NCBI RefSeq assembly: GCF_036675685.1
Contig: NZ_JAKFEM010000042.1
Location: forward strand, 55,880 to 119,879
Length of the DNA: 64,000 nt
Direction: 5' to 3'
Source of the DNA: Sphingopyxis sp.
Lineage (GTDB): Bacteria > Pseudomonadota > Alphaproteobacteria > Sphingomonadales > Sphingomonadaceae
Shown here: in pieces, positions 46,931-54,500 of the stretch
How positions within the stretch are numbered: the stretch's first letter is position 1
Layout: each line of letters starts with the position of its first letter
Notes under the pieces: model-generated
What the model saw: the letters and a program-made list of their open reading frames with translations, nothing else
Database searches by the model: none
Told to the model about the DNA's origin: nothing
Position numbers and translations under genes: made by a program

Positions 46931-46949
46931 GCATATGTTTTTCATATGC
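46931..46949. promoter_or_regulatory. GCATATG-TTTTT-CATATGC element (two CATATG units 11 bp apart) upstream of the porin-kdp gene string
   Basis: Read directly from the sequence. It lies about 110 nt upstream of the porin start and is the only strongly AT-rich element in this intergenic region. The 11-bp spacing fits binding sites of an OmpR-family regulator such as KdpE. Confidence 0.35.
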
Positions 46950-46979
46950 AGGCACGATTTCGCGCCAACCCGGAAAGCC

Positions 46980-47327
46980 TCAGCGCAGCGCGGCGGTGAC
47001 GATGACCTCGACCTTGTAAGCAGGGGTCGCGAGCCGCACTTCGCCGGTCGCGCGCGTCGGGGCATTGACGCCGCCGATCCATTCTTCCCACACCATATTC
47101 ATCGCCGCGAAATCGGCCATGTCGGCGAGCCAGACGGTGGCGGTGAGTAACCGCGACCGGTCGGTGCCGGCTTCGGCCAGCAGCGTGTCGATCGAGGCGA
47201 GTACGGCGCGGGTCTGCGCGGTCGCATCTTCGTCGGGCGCGCCGACCTGCCCCGCAAGATACACGATCCCGCCATGGATCACCGCCTGGCTCATGCGTGG
47301 GCCCGAATGCAGGCGTTCGATGCTCAT
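46980..47327 (-). CDS. RidA/YjgF family reactive-intermediate deaminase
   Basis: 115 aa. IVYLAGQVG...ATVWLADMADFAAMNMVWEEW...RATGEVRLA..YKVEV is the typical RidA pattern. Confidence 0.85.
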   Translation of the reverse strand: MSIERLHSGPRMSQAVIHGGIVYLAGQVGAPDEDATAQTRAVLASIDTLLAEAGTDRSRLLTATVWLADMADFAAMNMVWEEWIGGVNAPTRATGEVRLATPAYKVEVIVTAALR

Positions 47328-47525
47328 ATCTGTCTCCTTCTTGTGTTTGTCCCGGGAGAGGGGCTGCCCGCTTTCGCGCGCGATGCCCGATTAGGCAAAC
47401 CCATATAGGAAAAAAGTGGCGGCCATATTTTGCGGTCGCAATATCGCGGGCGATATGGTCATGGAGGCGATGCGTTTGGCGCGCGCCGATGGCGCGTATC
47501 GACCGGATCGAAAGGTATTGATCGG

Positions 47526-48569
47526 ATGACTTCCCTGCCCGAACAGGCGCGGCTGCGCGTTGTCGACATGCACACCGCGGGCGAACCCGTCCGGATCATC
47601 GAAGAGGGCTATCCCGAACTCGAAGGCGCCACGATCCTCGCGCGGCGGCGCGATGCCCTGGCGCGGTTCGACCATCTGCGGCGCATGGCGATGCTCGAAC
47701 CGCGCGGCCATGCGGGCATGTACGGCGTCATCCCGACCACACCGAGCGATCCCGCCGCCGACCTCGCGGTGCTGTTCACGCATCAGGAAGGCTATAGCAC
47801 CATGTGCGGTCATGCGACGATCGCCATCGGGCGCTGGGCGGTCGACAGCGGGCGGGTGGCGATGACGGATGGGCGCGCGACCTTCGGGCTTGAGGCGCCG
47901 TGCGGCGTGGTGCAGGTCGAGGTCGAAGCGGACGGCGGCACGTCGCCACTGGTCTCGTTCATCAGCGTCGAATCCTTTGCGAGCCACCGCGACCGGCATA
48001 TCGACGTGCCGGGGTGGGGCCCGATCGCCTATGACATCGCCTTTGGCGGCGCCTATTATGTCATCCTGCCCGCGTCGCGGTTCGGGCTGTCGCTCGCCGA
48101 CACGCCGGTCGCCGAGCTGGTCGCGGCGGGCGTCGCGATCACCGACGCCGTTCGCGCCGCGGTGCCGATCGCGCATCCGACCGAACCCGACCTCGGCTTT
48201 TTATACGGCGCCATCCTGACCGACGACGTCGCGCTCGGGATGGGCGTCAGTTCGAACCTCTGCATCTTTGCCGAAGGGCAGATCGACCGCTCGCCCACCG
48301 GCAGCGGAGTCACCGCGCGCATCGCGCTTGCCGCCGCGCGCGGCGAGGTCGAGGTCGGGCAATCGTGCGAGGTACGCGGGATTTCGGGCGAAGCCTTCAC
48401 CGGCACGCTGTGGAGCGTGCACGGTGCGGGCGGCCAGCTCGTGTCGCGCGTCAAGGTCGCGGGGCGCGCCTATTATGCCGGGCGTGCGGAGTTTGTCGCC
48501 GAACCGGGCGATCCCTTCGCGCACGGTTTTGAACTGCCCACGCGTTTCGGCGATGTCGCCGCACGGTAA
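47526..48569 (+). CDS. Proline-racemase-superfamily enzyme with a Cys/Thr catalytic pair (trans-3-hydroxy-L-proline dehydratase-like)
   Basis: Starts at ATG 47526. The N-terminus is RVVDMHTAGEPVRII. The first catalytic motif is STMCGHATIA. The second is DRSPTGSGVTA, with Thr where racemases and epimerases have Cys. Confidence 0.8.
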   Translation: MTSLPEQARLRVVDMHTAGEPVRIIEEGYPELEGATILARRRDALARFDHLRRMAMLEPRGHAGMYGVIPTTPSDPAADLAVLFTHQEGYSTMCGHATIAIGRWAVDSGRVAMTDGRATFGLEAPCGVVQVEVEADGGTSPLVSFISVESFASHRDRHIDVPGWGPIAYDIAFGGAYYVILPASRFGLSLADTPVAELVAAGVAITDAVRAAVPIAHPTEPDLGFLYGAILTDDVALGMGVSSNLCIFAEGQIDRSPTGSGVTARIALAAARGEVEVGQSCEVRGISGEAFTGTLWSVHGAGGQLVSRVKVAGRAYYAGRAEFVAEPGDPFAHGFELPTRFGDVAAR

Positions 48570-48586
48570 AAATTGCCCGCGAGTTT

Positions 48587-48793
48587 TCAGCCGCGCGGCT
48601 TGACGGTCACCCAAACATGCACCGTCGCCGCGAATTTACCCGGTGCCGGCTTGCCGACGTCGATCCGCTCGGCGGTGACCAGTTCGCCGGTCGCGAGGTT
48701 GAAGCTGGCCCAGGGCTTCGGCATGCGGCCGAAGCTCATCGTCTGGATCGGCTGGCCGGTGGCGGTGTTCATGATCGTTGCGTTGATACCCAT
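48587..48793 (-). CDS. Hypothetical 68-aa protein
   Basis: Track ORF with a strongly GC3-biased codon pattern, 48 nt downstream of the D-aminoacylase stop on the same strand. There is no obvious ribosome-binding site and I recognise no family. Confidence 0.35.
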   Translation of the reverse strand: MGINATIMNTATGQPIQTMSFGRMPKPWASFNLATGELVTAERIDVGKPAPGKFAATVHVWVTVKPRG

Positions 48794-48841
48794 CGCGCGC
48801 CGGTAGCGGCGGCCCGCCGATTCTGTCCAGCGCGAAGACGG

Positions 48842-50545
48842 CTATCCGCATCGCTTCCAGCCGGCACCGCGCACCGCGCGCCCCGGTGTGGTGCCGCGAT
48901 GTTCGCCGTCCTGCAGCACCGCGACGCCGTTGACGAAGACGTCGCGCATGCCGACCGAATATTGGTGCGGCTTCTCGAAGGTCGACCGGTCGCCGATCGT
49001 CGCGGGATCGAAGACGACGACATCGGCGTAATAGCCGGGCTTCAGCGCGCCGCGATCCGCGATGCCCAGATTGGTCGCGGGAAGGGTGGTGAGCCGGTAC
49101 ACCGCCTGCTCGAGCGAGATCAGCTTCTCGTCGCGGACATAGCGGCCGAGCAGGCGCGCGAAATTGCCATAGCTGCGCGGGTGGGCGCCCGATTTCAGGA
49201 AGACGCCCTCGGTTGCTTGCGATGCGGCGTCGGATCCGAAGCTCATCCACGGCAGCTTGACCTGCGCGCGGACATTATCCTCCGACATCAGGAAATAGAC
49301 GGTGCCGACGCGCGAGCCATCCTCGACGACGAGGTCCATCGCGGTTTCCTCGGCGCTCTTGCCGCGCAGCTTGGCGACTTCGGCGAGGGTCTTGCCGGTC
49401 AGCGGCTTCAGCTTCTCATTCTTGAACCCGACGAGGATCATCTTGTCGGCGCCCGCGCCGAGGTAAAGATTTTCCCAGTCGCTGCCGGGCTTCTGCATTT
49501 CGGCGGCGACGCGCGCGCGGGTCGCGGGGTCCTTCAGCCGCTTGATCCATTCCTCCAGCCCGCCGGCCTGCACCCAGGTCGGCATCGCGGCGTCGAGCCC
49601 GGTCGCCCCGGCGGTATAGGTGTACATGTCGGTCGTGATCCGCTGGCCCGCGGCGCGCGCGGCCTCGATCTTGCCGACGACGGCGGGGAGTTTGCCCCAA
49701 TTGCTCCGCCCCGCCATCTTGAGATGATAGATTTCGGCTGGCGCGCCCGAGCGCCGCGATATTTCGATCAACTCGTCGACCGCTTGCTCGATCCGGTCGC
49801 CCTCGGAACGCATGTGGCTGATATACATGCCGCCGCATTTCGCGGCCTCGCTGGTCAACGCGACGAGCTCGTCGGTCTCGGCATAGGAGCCGGGCGCATA
49901 GATGAGCGAGCTGCCGACGCCGAGCGCGCCCTCGTTCATCGCCTGCCGGACGAGCGCGCGCATCCGCATGAGCTGTTCGGCGTCGGGATCGACATCGCCT
50001 TCGCCCAGTTCATGCACGCGCACCGTCGCCGCGCCGACAAAGCTTGCAACATTGGTCGAAATCCCGCGTTTCTCCAGATACGCCAGATAGTTGCCGAGGC
50101 TCGTCCATTCGACCGGATATTTGATATCGCCCTGGCGCTCGACCTCCTGCGCCTTCATCGTGGCATTGAGCGGCCCCATCGACCAGCCTTCGCCCATCAC
50201 CTCGAGCGTGACACCCTGCCTTATGTCGCTCTGGCTCCTCGGGTCGGCGATCAGCGATTCGGTCGCCCAGCTCAGCATGTTGATGAAGCCCGGGGCGACC
50301 GCCATCCCGCGCGCCGACATTTCGGTGCGCCCCTTGCCGTCGACTTTGCCCACCGCGACGATGCGGTCGCCCTTGATCGCGATATCGCCGGTGACCGGCG
50401 GCTTGCCCGACCCGTCGTATAGCGTGCCGCCGCGGATCACGATGTCATAGCCGGGCGCGGCGGGCTTTGCGGCGACGGAGGCCGAAAGCAGCACCGAGCT
50501 GCACAGCAGCATCACGGAAGGGGCGAAGGGCCGGTGCGCTGTCAT
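48842..50545 (-). CDS. N-acyl-D-amino-acid deacylase (D-aminoacylase) family amidohydrolase, secreted (paralog 2)
   Basis: 567 aa with a signal peptide. YDIVIRGGTLYDGSGKPPVTGDIAIKGDRIVAVG..APGFINMLSW parallels the 936-2585 protein. Confidence 0.85.
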   Translation of the reverse strand: MTAHRPFAPSVMLLCSSVLLSASVAAKPAAPGYDIVIRGGTLYDGSGKPPVTGDIAIKGDRIVAVGKVDGKGRTEMSARGMAVAPGFINMLSWATESLIADPRSQSDIRQGVTLEVMGEGWSMGPLNATMKAQEVERQGDIKYPVEWTSLGNYLAYLEKRGISTNVASFVGAATVRVHELGEGDVDPDAEQLMRMRALVRQAMNEGALGVGSSLIYAPGSYAETDELVALTSEAAKCGGMYISHMRSEGDRIEQAVDELIEISRRSGAPAEIYHLKMAGRSNWGKLPAVVGKIEAARAAGQRITTDMYTYTAGATGLDAAMPTWVQAGGLEEWIKRLKDPATRARVAAEMQKPGSDWENLYLGAGADKMILVGFKNEKLKPLTGKTLAEVAKLRGKSAEETAMDLVVEDGSRVGTVYFLMSEDNVRAQVKLPWMSFGSDAASQATEGVFLKSGAHPRSYGNFARLLGRYVRDEKLISLEQAVYRLTTLPATNLGIADRGALKPGYYADVVVFDPATIGDRSTFEKPHQYSVGMRDVFVNGVAVLQDGEHRGTTPGRAVRGAGWKRCG

Positions 50546-50568
50546 CCAAATTCTCCGGGAAAAGGCGG

Positions 50569-51204
50569 TTAGCCGTGCAGGCTCATGAGTGAGTCCATCA
50601 GCCCGTCGTCGGCGCTTGAGCAGACGCCGAGCACCAGCGCCTCCTCAAATCCCGCGGCGACGACATAGGCGTGGCCCATCGACGAATCGAGATAGATGCC
50701 CTGTCCGGTCTTGAGTGACACCGGGTCGTAGAATTCGGTGTGGATCTCGATCGCGCCCTCGAGGACATAGATGAATTCCTCGCCCTGGTGCCGCACCAGC
50801 TCGCCGAATTCGCTCGCGCTGTGGGCGCGAATCCGGGTGATGATCGGGATCATCCGCTTTTGCCGCAGGTCGGTGCAGAGATAATGATAGTCGTAATTGT
50901 CGGTCGTGACGCGCACCGCCTGATCGATGGTCCCGATGCTCCGCCGCCCCGTCACGCGCGGCGCACCATTCTCCTCATCCTCGGCGAACAGGTCCGACAT
51001 GCGGATGCTGAGACGCTGGCTGAGCTGTTGCAATTTGTCATAACTCAGCGTCAGGCGGTCGTGCTCGACCTTCGACAGCGTCGAAACCGGGATGCCCGAT
51101 TTCGCGCTCATCTCCTTGAGTGTCCAGCCGTTTCGCGAGCGAATGCCCTTCATCACGGTGCCGAGCGTGGGCGGGGTTGAACGATCCGCCATCAGTTTTT
51201 CCAT
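50569..51204 (-). CDS. XRE-family HTH plus cupin transcriptional regulator
   Basis: It has an HTH_3 domain (IRSRNGWTLKEMSAKSGIPVSTLSKVEHDR) and a C-terminal cupin_2 domain (HQGEEFIYVLEGAIEIH...GQGIYLDSSMGH). It lies 23 nt upstream of the D-aminoacylase gene. ATG 51192 is an alternative start. Confidence 0.85.
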   Translation of the reverse strand: MEKLMADRSTPPTLGTVMKGIRSRNGWTLKEMSAKSGIPVSTLSKVEHDRLTLSYDKLQQLSQRLSIRMSDLFAEDEENGAPRVTGRRSIGTIDQAVRVTTDNYDYHYLCTDLRQKRMIPIITRIRAHSASEFGELVRHQGEEFIYVLEGAIEIHTEFYDPVSLKTGQGIYLDSSMGHAYVVAAGFEEALVLGVCSSADDGLMDSLMSLHG

Positions 51205-51211
51205 TCCATAT

Positions 51212-51236
51212 TTGACAATTTTCCAATCAGGATCAT
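51212..51236 (+). promoter_or_regulatory. Promoter/operator motif copy 1: TTGACAATTTTCCAATCAGGATCAT
   Basis: 21 of 25 positions are identical to 54437-54461. It starts with a consensus -35 TTGACA. It lies in the divergent region between the XRE-cupin regulator and the S12 hydrolase gene. Confidence 0.6.
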
Positions 51237-51332
51237 TATGTCCCTATCGGGCTAATAGTTATCAGCCCTTGGTAAGGGGTCGCGCGACTTGCCGCAAGGC
51301 TTGACCGTCGCGCCAGAGAAAAGGGGAAAGCG

Positions 51333-53312
51333 ATGCGTTTCATCCGTAAGGCGATGATCGGGCTGGCGGCTCTTGCCGCGCTGCCGCTGGCGGCGCAGGG
51401 GCCGGTGCCGGCTCCGGCCGCGAAAAAGGTCGAAGCTGCTGCAATGCCGGCGGCAAAGGCGCCCGCAGCGCCCGTCGCGCTCGATGCCAAGGATCTCGAA
51501 GCATGGCTCGACGGTTACCTGCCTTATGCGCTCGAACGCGCGCGTATCCCGGGCGCGGTCGTCGTTGTCGTTCGCGGCAATCAGGTCGTGCTCGAAAAGG
51601 GTTATGGCTTTTCCGACGTCGCGAAGCGCGCGCCCGTCCTGCCCGAGACCACGCTTTTCCGTCCGGGATCGGTGTCGAAACTCCTCACCTGGACCGCGGT
51701 GATGCAGCAGGTCGAAGCGGGCAAGATCGACCTCGACAAGGACATCAACGCCTATCTCGATTTCAAGATTCCGCCCTTTGAAGGCAAGCCGGTCACGATG
51801 CGTAACATCATGACGCACACCGCCGGTTTCCAGGAATCGATACGTCACCTGATCAGCAGCGATCCCAAGGCCGTCATGACGCTCAAGAAGCAGATGCCGC
51901 TGGCGCTGCCCGACCGCGTGTTCGCGCCCGGGACGACCCCCGCCTATTCCAACTATGCGACCGCGCTCGCGGGTTATATCGTCGAGCGGGTCAGCGGCGA
52001 GCCGTTCGACAATTATATCGAAAATCATATCTTCACGCCGCTCGGCATGACGCATTCGACGTTCCGCCAGCCGCTTCCGGCGCGGCTCGCGCCGCACATG
52101 TCGAAGGGCTATCCCGACGTCACGCAGAAACCCAAGCCGTTCGAGATTATCGTTCCCGCGCCCGCAGGCAGCCTGTCGGCGAGCGGTTCCGACATGGGCA
52201 AGTTCATGATCGCGCACCTGGGTGACGGTGCGGGGCTGATGAAGCCCGAAACCGCGAAACAGATGCACGACTTCAAAGCCCCCGGCGTCGGTCCGCTCAA
52301 CAGCATGGCGCTTGGTTTTTACGAACAATGGGTCAACGGCCACCGCGCGATCGCGCATGGCGGCGACACCGTGTGGTTCCACTCCTATCTTTGGTTGTTC
52401 CCCGATGCCGACATCGGCGTCTACATCTCGATGAACAGCGCCGGCAAAGCGGGCGACGCGGGCGCGGTGCGTAGCGCCTTGTTCCACAAATTCGCCGACC
52501 GCTACCTGCCCGGCGCCGAAAAGCCTGGCACCGTTGATGCCAAGACCGCCGCCGCGCATGCGCAGATGATGGCCGGCAATTATGTCAGCAGCCGCGGCAG
52601 CTTCACCAATTTCGCGAGCCTGTTCGGCCTGCTCGGACAGGCGACGATCTCGCTGACCGAGGATGGCAAGATCACGCTGCCGGCGCTCGACGGCCTTGGC
52701 GCCGGCGCGCGCGACTGGGTCGAGGTCGAGCCCTTTGTGTGGCGCGACACGGGCACGGGCGAACGGCTTGCCGCCGAAGTGAAGGACGGCCGGGTCGTTC
52801 GCTGGAGCATCGATGCCGGTTCGCCTTTCATGGTGTTCGAGCCTGCCCCGGCGAGCGTCAATGCCGCGTGGCTCAATCCGGCGCTGATCTTCGCCTTCGC
52901 GATCATCCTGCTCGCGGCGCTGGCGTGGCCGGTGCGCGCGCTGGTGCGGCGCAGCTTCAAGGCCGAATTCGCGCTCGAGGGCAAGGCGCGGCGTGCCTAC
53001 CGCCTGTCGCGCATCTTCGCCTGGGCAGCGATTGCGGCGCTGGCCGGCTGGATCGGCCTGATCGCCGCCTTCTCGGCCGATATTGGCAGCCTCGGCGGTC
53101 CGCTCGACTGGTTGATCCAGCTGCTGCGCATCCTGACCCCGGTCGCGGCCTTCGGCCTGCTCGCCACGGCTGGCTGGCACCTGTGGCTCAGCATCAAGGG
53201 CAAGCGCCGCTGGACGATGAAGCTCGGCGCGGTGCTGCTGATCCTTGCCGCTGCGGTGCTCGTCTGGGTGACGCTCGCCTTCCATCTCTACGGCTTCGGG
53301 ATGGTCTATTGA
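51333..53312 (+). CDS. S12 (beta-lactamase/D-aminopeptidase family) serine hydrolase with a C-terminal 4-TM domain
   Basis: It has a signal peptide. The SxxK motif is GSVSKLLT and the YxN motif is AYSNY. The last ~170 aa contain four hydrophobic helices (LIFAFAIILLAALAW, IFAWAAIAALAGWIGLIAAF, ILTPVAAFGLLATAGW, LGAVLLILAAAVLVWVTLAF). Confidence 0.85.
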   Translation: MRFIRKAMIGLAALAALPLAAQGPVPAPAAKKVEAAAMPAAKAPAAPVALDAKDLEAWLDGYLPYALERARIPGAVVVVVRGNQVVLEKGYGFSDVAKRAPVLPETTLFRPGSVSKLLTWTAVMQQVEAGKIDLDKDINAYLDFKIPPFEGKPVTMRNIMTHTAGFQESIRHLISSDPKAVMTLKKQMPLALPDRVFAPGTTPAYSNYATALAGYIVERVSGEPFDNYIENHIFTPLGMTHSTFRQPLPARLAPHMSKGYPDVTQKPKPFEIIVPAPAGSLSASGSDMGKFMIAHLGDGAGLMKPETAKQMHDFKAPGVGPLNSMALGFYEQWVNGHRAIAHGGDTVWFHSYLWLFPDADIGVYISMNSAGKAGDAGAVRSALFHKFADRYLPGAEKPGTVDAKTAAAHAQMMAGNYVSSRGSFTNFASLFGLLGQATISLTEDGKITLPALDGLGAGARDWVEVEPFVWRDTGTGERLAAEVKDGRVVRWSIDAGSPFMVFEPAPASVNAAWLNPALIFAFAIILLAALAWPVRALVRRSFKAEFALEGKARRAYRLSRIFAWAAIAALAGWIGLIAAFSADIGSLGGPLDWLIQLLRILTPVAAFGLLATAGWHLWLSIKGKRRWTMKLGAVLLILAAAVLVWVTLAFHLYGFGMVY

Positions 53313-54319
53313 TGGCGACGCAGCGCATGCGGGAATTGACGCTCGACCTTCGGGTCGAGCGCTTTCCCTATCACCAGCCTTTTCGCATTTCGGGGCATGT
53401 CTTCACCGAAACCGCGCTGCTTGTCGCCGAACTGTCGGACGGCGAGCATGTCGGGCGCGGCGAGGGCGCGGGGGTCTATTATCTCGGCGACGACATCGAC
53501 CATATGCTGGCCGAGGCGACGCGCGTCCGCGGCGACATCGAAGCCGGCGCGACGCGCGAGGAATTGCAACATCTTTTGCCGCCGGGCGGGGCGCGGAACG
53601 CGCTCGACTGCGCCTTCTGGGAGCTGGAGGCCAAACAGGCGGGGCGCCCGGTTTGGGAACTCGCCGGGCTGAAGCCGCCCAAGGCGCTGCGCTCGACGCT
53701 GACGCTCGGTGCGGACAGCGCCGGGAATATGGCGAAGGCCGCGCTGGCGATCGATCCCGAGGCGCCGATCAAGGTCAAGTTGACCGGCGATTTGAGCGAC
53801 GACATCGCACGCATCGTCGCGATCCGCACCGCGCGTCCGCATGCGTGGATCGGGGTCGACGCGAATCAGGGCTATGACGTGGCGACGCTCGTCGAGCTGC
53901 TCCCCGTGCTGGTGTCGACGCGCGTCGCGCAGCTTGAACAGCCGCTCAAACGCGGGCGCGAGGACGATCTCGACGGGCTCAAGCGGCCCTTGCCCTTCGT
54001 CGCCGACGAAAGCGCGGTGTCGCTCGCCGACACCGCTTCGCTCGTCGGGCGGTTCGATGTCGTCAATATCAAGCTCGATAAATGCGGCGGGTTGACCGAG
54101 GGGCTGGCGATCGCGCAGCAGGCGAAGCTTCTGGGGCTCGATGTGATGGTCGGCAACATGATGGGCTCCAGCCTGTCGATGGCGCCATCCTTCGTGCTCG
54201 GCCAGCTTTGCGACATCGTCGACCTCGACGGCCCGACCTTTCTCGCGCGCGATCGTGTGCCGGGTGTCGAATATCGCGGCGGGATGATTCACTGCCCCGC
54301 GGAAATTTGGGGAGGGTAA
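53312..54319 (+). CDS. dgcA: Enolase-superfamily dipeptide-epimerase-like enzyme (N-acetyl-D-Glu racemase DgcA-like / L-Ala-D/L-Glu epimerase-like)
   Basis: TGATG overlap with the upstream gene. KxK motif IKVKLTG, second catalytic Lys in VNIKLDKCGG, and metal ligands in VDANQG / LEQP / ADES. About 335 aa. Confidence 0.7.
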   Translation: MATQRMRELTLDLRVERFPYHQPFRISGHVFTETALLVAELSDGEHVGRGEGAGVYYLGDDIDHMLAEATRVRGDIEAGATREELQHLLPPGGARNALDCAFWELEAKQAGRPVWELAGLKPPKALRSTLTLGADSAGNMAKAALAIDPEAPIKVKLTGDLSDDIARIVAIRTARPHAWIGVDANQGYDVATLVELLPVLVSTRVAQLEQPLKRGREDDLDGLKRPLPFVADESAVSLADTASLVGRFDVVNIKLDKCGGLTEGLAIAQQAKLLGLDVMVGNMMGSSLSMAPSFVLGQLCDIVDLDGPTFLARDRVPGVEYRGGMIHCPAEIWGG

Positions 54320-54328
54320 AGTCCTCAC

Positions 54329-54406
54329 CGTCATCCCGGCGAAGGCCGGGATCTCGCCCTTCCGTTCTGACGCGCCGTCGAGATCCCGGCCTTCGCCGGG
54401 ATGACG
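54329..54406. repeat. REP-like element: perfect 28-bp inverted repeat CGTCATCCCGGCGAAGGCCGGGATCTCG, 22-bp spacer
   Basis: The arms are at 54329-54356 and 54379-54406. Each arm also contains the internal hairpin CCCGGC-GAAG-GCCGGG. It lies 10 nt after the dgcA-like stop. This sequence type is the common alphaproteobacterial intergenic palindrome. Confidence 0.8.
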
Positions 54407-54420
54407 AAATAAATGGTTCA

Positions 54421-54462
54421 TATTGTCCTAAATGGGTTGACAATTTTCTAATTAGGACAATA
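54421..54462 (+). promoter_or_regulatory. Promoter/operator motif copy 2 (TTGACAATTTTCTAATTAGGACAAT, 54437-54461) inside an 11-bp perfect inverted repeat TATTGTCCTAA-N20-TTAGGACAATA
   Basis: Read directly from the sequence. The -35 TTGACA is at 54437-54442. The inverted-repeat arms are at 54421-54431 and 54452-54462. It lies about 40 nt upstream of the M19 dipeptidase start. Confidence 0.6.
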
Positions 54463-54500
54463 GTCTTGAAATTGAAATCAACATAAGAGGGGAGGCTGGA

